From positions 5,244 through 69,243 of the forward strand of contig JBLYYR010000081.1 of NCBI GenBank assembly GCA_048550195.1: a stretch of DNA of 64,000 nt, in the 5' to 3' direction. The notes under the pieces were generated by a model. That model was not told where the DNA came from and did no database searches. It worked only from the letters and a program-made list of their open reading frames with translations. Made by a program: the position numbers and the translations under genes. Below are positions 28,338 through 38,495 of the stretch, in pieces (the first letter of the stretch is position 1; every line of letters starts with the position of its first letter). This DNA comes from Arenicellales bacterium. GTDB taxonomy: Bacteria > Pseudomonadota > Gammaproteobacteria > BMS3Bbin11.

Positions 28338-29207
28338 TCAGTGTGCCTGACTGGCTGGTTCATGGCCCATTGCAAACTGGCCAGAATTAGCGGATGGAGT
28401 AAACGACTGTGTTCCTCCAATGGTATAGTTGCCTATCAGTCGCTGACCCGATGGTGAAGTAATCCAGTTGATTAGAGCCTTAGCGCCTGCATGGTTAATA
28501 TCTGGAAAATGCGCTGGATTTACGGCAATGATGCCATACGGGTTATACAGTGCTGGATCGCCCTGAAAAACGACTTGCAGTGGTGATTTGCTGCGATATG
28601 CCAGCCATGTGCCCCGGTCGGTTAGTGTGTAGGAAGATAATTCGCCGGCCATTTGCAGGACCTTACCCATACCCTGGCCTGCTTCCCTGTACCAGCTGCC
28701 CTCTGGCTTGATAGCGGCATCACTCCACAGCTTGAGCTCCTTTTTATTGGTTCCTGAATCATCGCCTCTGGAGATAAATATGGACGCATTGCCTGCAATT
28801 CTTGCCAGGGCATCACTGGCGCTCTGGCTTTGCTTGACTGATGCAGGGTCCTCTGTCGGGCCGACGAGAATGAAATCGTTGTACATGACATCATGACGTT
28901 CCAGGCCATATCCAGCTTCAATGAATGCCTGTTCAGCTGCCGGAGCATGGACAAGCACCACATCGACATCGCCGTCACGCCCCATTCGAAGTGCCTTACC
29001 CGTACCGACTGCTATGGTATGAACCCGGATTCCCGTGTCACGTTCAAACGCTTGCAGGAGGTGTTGTAACAGACCGGAATTCTCTGTACTGGTCGTGGTG
29101 GCAAGACGTAGCAGGGTTTTATCGCCGGCTTGTGCTGGCAACGCCATAATAAAAACGAATAAGTAAAAAAACAGGGATATAAATTTAAACAATTTGAGTG
29201 CAGGCAT
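28338..29207 (-). CDS. tupA: periplasmic tungstate/molybdate-binding protein, TupA-like
   Basis: Signal peptide. The ..RLATTTSTENSGLL.. motif (TTTSTxxSGL) is characteristic of the TupA/WtpA-type oxyanion-binding family, recalled from memory. Confidence 0.6.
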   Translation of the reverse strand: MPALKLFKFISLFFYLFVFIMALPAQAGDKTLLRLATTTSTENSGLLQHLLQAFERDTGIRVHTIAVGTGKALRMGRDGDVDVVLVHAPAAEQAFIEAGYGLERHDVMYNDFILVGPTEDPASVKQSQSASDALARIAGNASIFISRGDDSGTNKKELKLWSDAAIKPEGSWYREAGQGMGKVLQMAGELSSYTLTDRGTWLAYRSKSPLQVVFQGDPALYNPYGIIAVNPAHFPDINHAGAKALINWITSPSGQRLIGNYTIGGTQSFTPSANSGQFAMGHEPASQAH

Positions 29208-29422
29208 ACTGGTAACTGTCCTTCTGTGAGTTATTAATTAAGATAAAAGCAAGAATAGTGCCAGCTGTTATCAAAGGTGCAGGGCCGGCGATTGCAGGCC
29301 TGAATCAAATAGCTACTGAGTAAGGCCGAAGAGAAAATTTATGCATGGGAAATAATGTCGCAATCACGGACTCTCTATTGGTTCATTTCGTCCATTTTGT
29401 TGCCTGATGTGATATTTGTGTT

Positions 29423-30910
29423 ATGTTGCTGTCAATGATTAGAGGAGAATCGATAAGAATTTTCCCTGTTAAATGCTACCCAGGATTCAGATTTATGGCC
29501 GAATATGCTCTAAAGAATGAAGATTTCAGTCAACAACGACACTCGAATGGCAGCAAATCCTCATCGCTATCACTGAAACAGAAATCCCTGCTAATTATCG
29601 ACGATGAGCCGGGCATTCGAAGTTTTCTGCAGAAAGGTATGGAAAAACGCTTTGGCCTGGTTGAACTGGCCGAAGATATAAGCACAGCAGAAGCCCTCAC
29701 TGAGCGATGTAATTTCGACCTGATTATTGCCGATATACGATTACCCGGTTGTTCCGGTGTGGAATGGGTGACGAAAATGCGTGCGCAGGGCAGTACTACA
29801 GCGGTGATTTTTATCACCGCGCATGCGAATGTTGAAACGGCGATTGATGCGTTGCGTGCCGGAGCCGCTGATTTCATTCTCAAGCCCTTTCGTATGGAAC
29901 AGATCATGGCCTCTGTTGAGCGTTGTCTAGAACGCCAGCAGATACAACGCGAGAATGTTGTATTACGGCGACAGGTCGACCAGTTCTATGACAGTGGCAT
30001 GGTCGGTCAATGTGAAACCATGAAAAGTATGTGTGGCGTTATCAAGCGCATAGCACCTATGCCGACTACTGTACTTATTGAAGGAGAATCGGGAACGGGA
30101 AAAGAACTCGCTGCCCGAGCCGTTCATCAATGGAGTGGTCGCAGCGGAAGCTTCGTGCCTGTTAATTGTGGTGCAATCACCTCAGAATTGATGGAAAGTG
30201 AGCTGTTCGGTCATGTAAAAGGCGCCTTTACCGGCGCCCACCAGGCGCGTGATGGTTTATTTACCTATGCCAATAATGGCACTTTGTTTCTCGATGAAAT
30301 TGGGGAAATGCCATTACCCATGCAGATACATCTGCTGCGTGTTCTGGAGGAACATTCCATCAGGCCGGTCGGTTCCAACCATGAGGTGCCAGTCGATGTA
30401 CGAATCATTGCCGCAACCAACCGGAACCTGGCTGAAGAAGTGGAAAAGGGTAATTTTCGTCAGGATCTGTTCTATCGACTGAATGTCGTGACCGTGCGCT
30501 TACCAACCCTGCGAGAGCGTCTCGATGATATCCCTGATCTGGTTGAGTATTTTATGCAAAACCTGTCGACCGATATGGGGGTAGAACCACATGAAATGGG
30601 TGGTCGCGAGTTGGCACAACTACGGAGTTACAACTGGCCGGGTAATGTTCGAGAGTTGAAGAATGTGATAGAGCGCTGCCTGCTACTCGACCAGAGTCCT
30701 CAGGAATGCCTGAGAAGTCTTCCCGGTGACGGTGATGTAGCCAATTGTGAAGATGAGGCCACAGAGCTACTGCTGGAAGCCGTTGAGAAACGTCATATTC
30801 TGAAAGTACTGGATATGGAAGGTGGCAACAAGTCTGCCGCTGCGAGACATCTTGGTGTCTCGCGCAAGACACTTGAAAGAAAAGTACAGGTCTGGCGTTT
30901 GACCGACTAA
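29423..30910 (+). CDS. sigma-54-dependent response regulator (NtrC family: receiver + AAA+ + HTH)
   Basis: Receiver (..LLIIDDEPG..D), AAA+ (GESGTGKELAARAVH, GAFTGA, ..ESELFGH..), and C-terminal Fis-type HTH. The real start is probably the internal MAEYALK. Confidence 0.9.
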   Translation: MLLSMIRGESIRIFPVKCYPGFRFMAEYALKNEDFSQQRHSNGSKSSSLSLKQKSLLIIDDEPGIRSFLQKGMEKRFGLVELAEDISTAEALTERCNFDLIIADIRLPGCSGVEWVTKMRAQGSTTAVIFITAHANVETAIDALRAGAADFILKPFRMEQIMASVERCLERQQIQRENVVLRRQVDQFYDSGMVGQCETMKSMCGVIKRIAPMPTTVLIEGESGTGKELAARAVHQWSGRSGSFVPVNCGAITSELMESELFGHVKGAFTGAHQARDGLFTYANNGTLFLDEIGEMPLPMQIHLLRVLEEHSIRPVGSNHEVPVDVRIIAATNRNLAEEVEKGNFRQDLFYRLNVVTVRLPTLRERLDDIPDLVEYFMQNLSTDMGVEPHEMGGRELAQLRSYNWPGNVRELKNVIERCLLLDQSPQECLRSLPGDGDVANCEDEATELLLEAVEKRHILKVLDMEGGNKSAAARHLGVSRKTLERKVQVWRLTD

Positions 30911-30917
30911 ACCTCCT

Positions 30918-33035
30918 GTGGATGTTGCTACTAGACTGATAGGGGCGGTTCGAGGTACGGTCCGCTACAAGCTGCTGGCCCTGGTACTTTTCCCCATTCT
31001 TCTCCTTATGCCAGTGGCACTGGTTATTGCGGTCTACTGGGGCGCTACACTCACTTATGATCAACTCTACTTAAAGGTCAATACCGACCTCAGGGTTGCC
31101 GATGATGTATTCATTCGTATGCAGCAGGACTACCTTAACAGATTGAGCAGCCTGGCAGAGTCTTACTTTTTCAGGACAGCGCTGGAAAAAAACAACAAGC
31201 AGTCAATAGAGAACCAGCTGAATACAGTTAAGAAATCAGCGGGTTTTAGTTATTTGCATGTGGTCGGACAGGGCGGAGTGCCTCTCTATTCGAAGAATGG
31301 GAAAGGCCATGCCACCTTACGTTCTTCATCCTCATTGCACAAGGCAGCAAAGGGTCAGCCTGCGGTCGGTGTGGAGATTTTCAGTTCAGAAGAATTACGT
31401 AGAGAAAGCGAAACGCTGGCAAACACTGTTGAACTAACTCTGATAGAAACCCCTCACGCGCGCCCAACAGATCGCACAATAGAGGATCGTGCCATGATGA
31501 TACGCGCACTCTATCCTGTTAAAAATTCACGTGGTGAACTGGTGGCTATTCTTGATGGCGGAGTGCTGCTGAATGGGAACTTTAGGTTCGTTGATGCTAT
31601 ACGTGATCTTGTATACGGGCCAGGAAGTCTGCCAGAAGGTAGTATTGGTACCGTTACTGTTTTCCTCGATGACGTGCGTATATCAACGAACGTTCCACGA
31701 AAGCCGGGACAGCGTGCGCTAGGCACACGTGTTTCGGATGAAGTTCGCACACAGGTACTCGATCAGGGCAAGACATGGATTGATCGTGCTTTCGTTGTAA
31801 ACGACTGGTATATCTCGTCCTATGAACCGGTCATCGACATAGATGGAAAACGCGTGGGCATGCTGTACGCCGGATTCCTGGAAACCCCGTTTCGTGTAGC
31901 GCTGTGGCAGGCTTTGGCATTATTTGTGTTGATGTTTCTGTTGCTGATGGCCATTTCATCATGGCTGGCGATCTGGGGGGCTAAATCTATTTTCAAGCCT
32001 ATCGAGGCAATGAGCGATGTCGTGCATGCAACTAGAAAGGGTGTTGTACGCCGTATTGGAACAGTGACATCGCGGGATGAAATTGGTGAGTTGGCAAGGG
32101 AATTTGATAGCATGCTCGAGCTGCTACATGAGCACAATCAGGAAATCCAGGCGGCTGCAGACCAGCTGGACCATAAAGTTCAGGAGCGTACGACAGAATT
32201 GCTGCAGAAAAATGAGGATCTGCAACGTACTATCGGCGTATTGCAGGAGACCCGGGAACGCCTGGTCAATGCCGAGAAGCTCGCCGCCCTCGGTGAACTA
32301 ACTGCCGGCGTCGCACATGAGATTAATAACCCGACAGCAGTCATGTTGGGTAATCTTGATGTATTGATAGATGAACTTGGACCAGCCATTGAACCAGTTC
32401 AGGAAGAGATCGGCCTTATCGTTGATCAGATTTACCGGATCAAAGAGATCATAGATAACTTATTGCAATATGCCCGTCCAGATGAGTATGCAGGCTATAT
32501 GTCTGATGTCGATGTCAACGAGCTGATTCATCAGACCTTGAAGCTGATCCGTCACTATCAGAAAGAGTCCAGCTTTGAAATCAGACTGGAACTGCATGCT
32601 GATCGACATATTCATGTCAATCAGCAGGAGCTGAAACAGGTAGTTGTCAATATAGTCGTCAATGCGATACATGCTGCTGGATCAGGTAATGGCTGGATAA
32701 ATATATCTACCCGCAACTGGGAGGATAAAGGCGTTACTATCAGTGTAGAGGACAATGGCCCGGGTATGGGCAATGAGGAAATGAACAAGGTATTCAACCC
32801 TTTTTACAGTACCAAAGGTCAGGGTGAAGGTACGGGTCTTGGGCTGTCAGTGAGCTATAGCTTAATAAGGCGTTACGGCGGAGATATTACTGTGCAGTCG
32901 ACATCTGGTGAGGGGTCGTGTTTTACCGTATGGTTACTCACAAAACCTGAACTGGTTGAAGATGAAGAAACCATTATTGAGCAACTGCATGCAAGTGAGA
33001 ATGATAGTGAAGTTTCCAGGCGGCAAGTTTCATAG
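30918..33035 (+). CDS. sensor histidine kinase with periplasmic Cache-like domain, HAMP, coiled coil and HisKA/HATPase
   Basis: Two TM segments flank a ~280-aa periplasmic domain. HAMP. H-box GVAHEINNP. G-box ..VEDNGPGM.., GTGLGLS. Adjacent to the regulator gene (8-nt gap). Confidence 0.85.
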   Translation: MDVATRLIGAVRGTVRYKLLALVLFPILLLMPVALVIAVYWGATLTYDQLYLKVNTDLRVADDVFIRMQQDYLNRLSSLAESYFFRTALEKNNKQSIENQLNTVKKSAGFSYLHVVGQGGVPLYSKNGKGHATLRSSSSLHKAAKGQPAVGVEIFSSEELRRESETLANTVELTLIETPHARPTDRTIEDRAMMIRALYPVKNSRGELVAILDGGVLLNGNFRFVDAIRDLVYGPGSLPEGSIGTVTVFLDDVRISTNVPRKPGQRALGTRVSDEVRTQVLDQGKTWIDRAFVVNDWYISSYEPVIDIDGKRVGMLYAGFLETPFRVALWQALALFVLMFLLLMAISSWLAIWGAKSIFKPIEAMSDVVHATRKGVVRRIGTVTSRDEIGELAREFDSMLELLHEHNQEIQAAADQLDHKVQERTTELLQKNEDLQRTIGVLQETRERLVNAEKLAALGELTAGVAHEINNPTAVMLGNLDVLIDELGPAIEPVQEEIGLIVDQIYRIKEIIDNLLQYARPDEYAGYMSDVDVNELIHQTLKLIRHYQKESSFEIRLELHADRHIHVNQQELKQVVVNIVVNAIHAAGSGNGWINISTRNWEDKGVTISVEDNGPGMGNEEMNKVFNPFYSTKGQGEGTGLGLSVSYSLIRRYGGDITVQSTSGEGSCFTVWLLTKPELVEDEETIIEQLHASENDSEVSRRQVS

Positions 33036-33521
33036 ACCGGATTGTTGCAGCAGTCAGCATATTTTTTACATTTCCTGAATTAGATCAGGGAGTGCACGAT
33101 GTGTCTGCTGATGCCATTTTTCAGTCAACAGCGAATACCGGAGATATGCTGGTGATTGATTTTCACATAAAACAGCACCAACAATTGATTGATCACCCCA
33201 CACTCACACCAGTGTACAGGTAATCAGGCTGGCGTTTTCCACGGGATTTTTATTCTGGGTTTTCACACACTCTGGTGCCGAAGCCGACATTCATGGATCA
33301 GCGATGATGACGCTCATAGCTGTATATGACCATGCGTTTTGAACTCACTGGAATTAGTTCTTTAATCGGCACAGGCTTAATGTGATTCCAGGTATCATTG
33401 GCAATAGGCCTTTTAGTGTATGGGTTCAACTGATCGAAGCAGATATTTATGAAAAACACTATCGCAGATTAAACCCAGATTTTGTGGCCGCGCGACCTTT
33501 GGGTTCGCGCAGCCGGGTGGT

Positions 33522-33683
33522 TTACGGCCGTTTTGGGATGGTGTATTTGGCCTCTTTATGAAACGGTTCCCAAATAGTTTTATACCCAACGAAACCCTTT
33601 TCATTAGCCTCATTCTGATGGGTTGTCAGATAGAGCGTCTTGCCATCAGGAATTTTGGGTCTGGTTTTCGGTTGCTCACTCAT
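33522..33683 (-). CDS. small hypothetical protein (53 aa) with strong SD
   Basis: Not in the ORF track because it is under 60 aa. ATG is preceded by AAGGTG at -6 and followed by a GC hairpin (33497-33520). Translation MSEQPKTRPKIPDGKTLYLTTHQNEANEKGFVGYKTIWEPFHKEAKYTIPKRP. Confidence 0.3.
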   Translation of the reverse strand: MSEQPKTRPKIPDGKTLYLTTHQNEANEKGFVGYKTIWEPFHKEAKYTIPKRP

Positions 33684-33800
33684 AAATCACCTTTTTCTAA
33701 GAAGCGGAGACAGCCACTGCAAGAAATTGCAGCTGAAAACTACCCCGACCCCTTTATTTTTTCATCTTTCGAAACAGAAAGATATAGTACTGCTTCGGTT

Positions 33801-33961
33801 TGAGGCTGTGTGAAAACACTAAACCTGAATGCATTGTGGGGAAACGCCGCAGATTTACTTTAATAATGGCATAAATGTGGGGTTGTCTAGCTATTTTAAT
33901 GCCATTTAGTCATAAAAAGTGTCGCCCGGGTCCAGCCAGCTAAACATTATTGAGTTTTCAC
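33801..33961. repeat. inverted-repeat element: 14-bp perfect terminal IR GGCTGTGTGAAAAC / GTTTTCACACAGCC spanning ~160 bp, with nested AATGGCAT/ATGCCATT palindrome
   Basis: Read directly. A third related motif (GGGTTTTCACACACTCTGG) lies at ~33252-33272. Confidence 0.4.
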
Positions 33962-34038
33962 ACAGCCAGGGCCAATTTCGGAATTAGTATAAGTTGGAAA
34001 TCAGCCACTGGCGAACAAGGTCGGCTGGATTTATCTAA

Positions 34039-34863
34039 TTATGTGTCGTAATTAAAACGCTCTAGAATCGGTTTAAACGTGACGTTAAGATTAGCTATTG
34101 TCTCTCGGCTTAATTTGTCCTTGAATCCCCCTGCCTTACCAGAGCGCTTTTGCGCTGTTTTATCTTCCTGCTCCCGAGGCCTGGATTTGCTGTACACCTG
34201 CTTAAGAACCGCTGGTTTAATTTCTATATATTTGGTGAGGTCTCTGGCAAAGCTATCCCAGTTCTCAATCATATCTTCATATTTAAGAACAGTGCTTCGA
34301 TCATATGCCTGAATAAGCCTGTCAATTTTTTCGAAATTACGTAGTATTTCGTGTGAACGCTGTAGAGCAAATTCGTCCAAAGTCCTGCGTTGGATTTTCG
34401 TTCGCTGCTCATTTTGCTCGTTTTTTATTTCCTCAACTTCGGAAATTCCATGAGAAAAACCAAAAGAATAGTAACTTGAAACCAGGATATCTCGGGGATC
34501 TCGCAGCAAAAAAATTGCGACCTTATCCTTTATAAAGTTAATGTCAGATGTGGGTTTTACCAGCATATTATATATCTTAGTATCTGAAGAAAGGCGTATG
34601 GGACCGTATATGTAACCCTTATCTTTAAACTCTATCTGACCAATTTTTCTTCCTCTGTAGATCGCATTAGCAAAATCTATATGGCGCAAGCCGACTATAT
34701 TCCTCAGCACATAGGTACTAAATAAGCTGCTGGCACATTTGTGGAATGTATAAAAATATACAGATTCATGTGAATTAGCTCTATAGATCCATTTAAAATA
34801 GCTGTAAACATCCAGTAGAGATTTCGGTGATAATCGGATTATTTTCTCTTTTATAACGGACAT
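34039..34863 (-). CDS. sulfotransferase family protein (Stf0-like)
   Basis: 3'-PB-type motif LLRDPRDILVSSYYS and a 5'-region ..TFHKCASSLFSTYV.. The gene lies in an AT-rich context flanked by repeat elements. Confidence 0.6.
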   Translation of the reverse strand: MSVIKEKIIRLSPKSLLDVYSYFKWIYRANSHESVYFYTFHKCASSLFSTYVLRNIVGLRHIDFANAIYRGRKIGQIEFKDKGYIYGPIRLSSDTKIYNMLVKPTSDINFIKDKVAIFLLRDPRDILVSSYYSFGFSHGISEVEEIKNEQNEQRTKIQRRTLDEFALQRSHEILRNFEKIDRLIQAYDRSTVLKYEDMIENWDSFARDLTKYIEIKPAVLKQVYSKSRPREQEDKTAQKRSGKAGGFKDKLSRETIANLNVTFKPILERFNYDT

Positions 34864-35078
34864 GCATGCTCCTTAGAATTGTCCCGGAATTCCTGACTAC
34901 CTTCGTGCTTCCTGAAATGCCCTTTCTCATGCTTGATGAATGGTCATATTATATAAAGCATGTACTAATGTTTAGAATGTTGCGTTGATCAGTTGAACTC
35001 GATGCCGAAATCCGTCATTTTAAAATGGGTTCATTATTGAATGCTTCTGAGAATTACCAGGTGCTCAGGCATTGCCTA

Positions 35079-35315
35079 AGGAACCTCTGATCAGTTTATG
35101 AACTCGTATCTCACGATCTAAAACATCCCGCTTTTTCGTTGCATCACGGGCATTTCCTCCGGTCAAAATCTTCGCAATCGCTAGCTATTACGAAGTACAT
35201 GCTTGTATTAGTGCTGCGTTGACAGGACGTCATTGGGCGGCCGTGCACTTTTCGCCTCTAATCTGAATATTATAGATCACAATCTACTTCGTTCAGAAAT
35301 AACTTGAGGTATCCT
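35079..35315. mobile_element. MITE-like repeat, copy C (~237 bp, carries an internal insertion relative to copy A)
   Basis: Left end AAGGAACCTCTGATCAGTTTATGAACTCGTATCTCACG.., right end ..ATCACAATCTACTTCGTTCAGAAATAACTTGAGGTATCC, both collinear with copy A. The internal ~125 bp shares GGGCATTTCCTCCGG with copy B. Confidence 0.45.
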
Positions 35316-35406
35316 AATATTAGCTAATGCTTTTTGGTGGCCGCTGTGCAGAAAACTATTATAAGCCGGCTAGACTGTTAAACACTTCTCAACCTAACTG
35401 AAGCTT

Positions 35407-36321
35407 TCAGTCATCACCCCATAGCAGCTGGCCACAGTCGGTTAAATCGTAGCCGGTAAGTTCTGCAGCCAGTTCCAGACTTTGGCCAGTGCGCAGGCGG
35501 GTGATCAGATCCTGGAACAGACGCCTGAACCAGATCGGTCGTGGCAGCACGAAGTCAAAGGATTCCCAGCCAAAGGAGATGAAGCCGAGGCCGAACTCCG
35601 CAGCGACTGATCGTGCACCCGGTGCCACGTCAGCGAGATCCATTGCAATGGCGGCGGCGGCTTCACGTTCCGACAGGGCAGTCACTTCCGATTTCAGCGA
35701 GCTGGCATTCAGGCCATACTTGCCAAGTATTTCCATCAGGTAGCGCTGCGCGCCAGCACCATTCTGGCGCAGCGCCCAGCGGAACTGCCGGTCAAATAAT
35801 TTGTCGATCTCCTGCGTGTAGTTGAGAACAGGAGGACTGACAATCAGGCCTTGTTCACGGCGAAATGCACGAATAAGCACCCAGCTGTGATGTTGTGCAT
35901 ACTGGCGCAGCAGTGCGGGATGACGGGTGCGGCTCTCGTTTGCCGGGCCCCAGTGTATGCCGCAGGCATCGGCGCGTTGCGATTGCAGCAGGTCGAGACC
36001 CAGTCGCGTCCCCGTCGCCGTGTAGCTGATCAATGCGTGCGCCCCGGTGTCACGGGCAAATTCAGTGATAATACGGTAGAGCAGAGGATCGTCACTCCCG
36101 GCGATGACCAGCCGGTCTGTCAGCAGGCCTCCATGTGAAGAATCAAGCATCCAGCGGTCAATCAGTTCCCTTGGGAACATCCATTTGCCGGTTACCTTTG
36201 TTGCCGGAATAGTTCCCTCATTTACCAGAGCATAGACCTTCTTCTCGTTGAGGTGCAGGTACTCGGCTACCTGTTTGACGCTCATGAAGACATCCGCCTG
36301 CGGGCGTAGTACCGCTGACAT
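35407..36321 (-). CDS. putative transcriptional regulator: excisionase/MerR-type HTH (HTH_17-like) fused to a periplasmic-binding-protein-like sensor domain
   Basis: N-terminus ..VKQVAEYLHLNEKKVYALVNEGTIPATKVTGKWMFPRELIDRWM.. is the excisionase-family HTH pattern. The remaining ~240 aa look like a solute-binding fold. It is the last gene of moaA-fdhD-X. Confidence 0.6.
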   Translation of the reverse strand: MSAVLRPQADVFMSVKQVAEYLHLNEKKVYALVNEGTIPATKVTGKWMFPRELIDRWMLDSSHGGLLTDRLVIAGSDDPLLYRIITEFARDTGAHALISYTATGTRLGLDLLQSQRADACGIHWGPANESRTRHPALLRQYAQHHSWVLIRAFRREQGLIVSPPVLNYTQEIDKLFDRQFRWALRQNGAGAQRYLMEILGKYGLNASSLKSEVTALSEREAAAAIAMDLADVAPGARSVAAEFGLGFISFGWESFDFVLPRPIWFRRLFQDLITRLRTGQSLELAAELTGYDLTDCGQLLWGDD

Positions 36322-37209
36322 CTAGCTGACTCTCTGCTGTTCGGAGTGCTGGCGAGGTTTCCCCGGCCTCTCTGGAATTGCATCGAAGTCAATCTGATCA
36401 TCGCCATGGTAAATCAGAAAGTGCCTCCCTTTGGCGCGTGCAATCAGAGTGACGCCAATTTTTTCAGCCAGTGTCCGACCCATCTCGGTGACGCCTGAAC
36501 GGGAGAGCAATACGGGTATACCCATCTGTGCAACCTTGATGACCATTTCGGAAGTCAATCTGCCTGTGGTGTAGAAAAGCTTGTCATGTCCATGTGTATC
36601 GTTAAGCCACATCTGCCCGGCGATCGCATCAACAGCATTATGACGACCAACATCCTCAACAAAGTGAAGCATACGGTGGCCCTGACATAATGCGCAGCCA
36701 TGTACTGCTCCTGCCTGCTTATATACTTCGTTATGTTCACTCAGTGTGTTGAGGAGATTGTAAATTGTTGACTGGCGCGTCCTGACCTGAGGCAGGCTTA
36801 TCTTGTCCAGGTCATCCAATAAGCCACCGAATACCGTGCCCTGACCACAGCCGGTAGTGACGGTGCGTCGGCCCAGTTTTACATCCAGATCTTTAACGCC
36901 ATTGTAAGTAGTAATGACAGCAGATTCTGTTTCCCAGTCTACCTGTATGGCCTTGATGTGAGAGAGTTCAGGTACCAGTCTCTGGTTTCGCAGCCATCCC
37001 AGTACCAGTAGTTCAGGTTGTGTGCCGAGGGTCATCAGGGTGATGATTTCTTTTTTGTCGAGGTATACGGTCAATGCCCGTTCAGCGGCTATATGCCCTT
37101 CCCGTGCCAGACCATATTCATCGATGGCAGTGGTGCTTGTTGATGCCTGTAGTCCGGCGCTGGTCATTTGCAGACCGTTGTCGTTTAAATCTGTTTGAGC
37201 GACAGTCAT
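36322..37209 (-). CDS. fdhD: formate dehydrogenase accessory sulfurtransferase FdhD
   Basis: ..EDVGRHNAVD.. and ..GCGQG.. with the active-site Cys region; length and pattern match FdhD. Confidence 0.8.
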   Translation of the reverse strand: MTVAQTDLNDNGLQMTSAGLQASTSTTAIDEYGLAREGHIAAERALTVYLDKKEIITLMTLGTQPELLVLGWLRNQRLVPELSHIKAIQVDWETESAVITTYNGVKDLDVKLGRRTVTTGCGQGTVFGGLLDDLDKISLPQVRTRQSTIYNLLNTLSEHNEVYKQAGAVHGCALCQGHRMLHFVEDVGRHNAVDAIAGQMWLNDTHGHDKLFYTTGRLTSEMVIKVAQMGIPVLLSRSGVTEMGRTLAEKIGVTLIARAKGRHFLIYHGDDQIDFDAIPERPGKPRQHSEQQRVS

Positions 37210-37221
37210 TGCAGTTTGCGT

Positions 37222-38235
37222 TTAGCCGCCGGTAGAGTTCATGTGTCGCAGGATGACAGGCTGGCTGGTCAGGTCAAAGTCATGTCCGCGGGGTTTGATG
37301 TCCATGGCGGCGATAATAGCTTCACGCACAGGACTATCATCTGCTGGATGGGCCCTGACGACTCGTCGCAGGTCAACCGAGTGCTCCTGGCCCAGGCAGA
37401 GCAGCAAGCGGCCTTCTGCCGTCAGACGGACACGATTGCAGTCATCGCAGAAGTTGTGACTGTGTGGTGATATGAATCCAATTCTTGCGCCATTATCTGT
37501 GCGTCTGTAGTAGCGTGAAGGGCCACCTGTTTTATCTGTGGTCGGTATCAACTCATGTCTTTGCCTTAGAATATCAAGAATATCATCACTGGAGATATGG
37601 GTTTCAGCACGGTCGTGGTCACCGATGATACCAAGCGGCATTTCTTCGATGAAGCTGATGTCCATGCCTCGTGTGTGAGCGAATTCTACCAGGTTAATAA
37701 TTTCATCATGATTGCGGTTCCTGAGGATGACTGAGTTGAGTTTGATGCGTTCAAATCCGGCATCCAGTGCGGCATCGATACCGGCCATGGTGCGATACAA
37801 TTTTCCCGTTCGCGTGATCTGGCTGAACCGCTCTTCCTGCAAGGTATCCAGTGAGATGTTGATGCGTGTAACGCCTGCTCTGCGCAGGTCGACTGCAAAT
37901 CTGCTTAGCTGGGTACCATTCGTCGTCAGTGTCAGATCACTAATTTTATCCAGTTTACCCAGTTGCCTGAATACCTCGATAACGTTCTGACGTGTCAGGG
38001 GTTCGCCGCCGGTAATGCGTATCCTGTTTACGCCTAATCCGGCAAAAATCCGGCCGACACGCGACACTTCTTCAAGAGTCAGTAATTGAGCACGCGGTAC
38101 GAACTGCATGTCTTCGGACATGCAGTAAACACAGCGCAGATCGCAACGGTCAGTGACAGAGATGCGCAGGTATTTTATTTTTCTGCCGAATCTATCTATG
38201 AGTTGTGTTGTGTTGTGAGTTTTGATCGTCATCAA
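37222..38235 (-). CDS. moaA: GTP 3',8-cyclase MoaA (radical SAM)
   Basis: ..LRISVTDRCDLRCVYCM.. radical-SAM cluster and the C-terminal ..CDDCNRVRLTAEG..L.CL.. second-cluster motif. Confidence 0.9.
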   Translation of the reverse strand: MMTIKTHNTTQLIDRFGRKIKYLRISVTDRCDLRCVYCMSEDMQFVPRAQLLTLEEVSRVGRIFAGLGVNRIRITGGEPLTRQNVIEVFRQLGKLDKISDLTLTTNGTQLSRFAVDLRRAGVTRINISLDTLQEERFSQITRTGKLYRTMAGIDAALDAGFERIKLNSVILRNRNHDEIINLVEFAHTRGMDISFIEEMPLGIIGDHDRAETHISSDDILDILRQRHELIPTTDKTGGPSRYYRRTDNGARIGFISPHSHNFCDDCNRVRLTAEGRLLLCLGQEHSVDLRRVVRAHPADDSPVREAIIAAMDIKPRGHDFDLTSQPVILRHMNSTGG

Positions 38236-38495
38236 ATGCCTGCGTTATTTTGGAGGTTTCAAATAGTTTGACTACAAGGTCTGTCTACATTCCTTAGCAA
38301 GATATGTTCCATAAACGCCAAACCATCATTGGCAACAATACATGAAAGAAAAATCTGAAAAAACAGGGTGAATGGCCCGTTAAATTGAGACAAGTTGACC
38401 TCGTTGTTTTGTTTGCTGGGTCATTTTGTTCCAGATATATGCCCGGTTCATCGGCGTTTTCCAGTAATGAATGCAGATATGCAGTATTGAATGGC

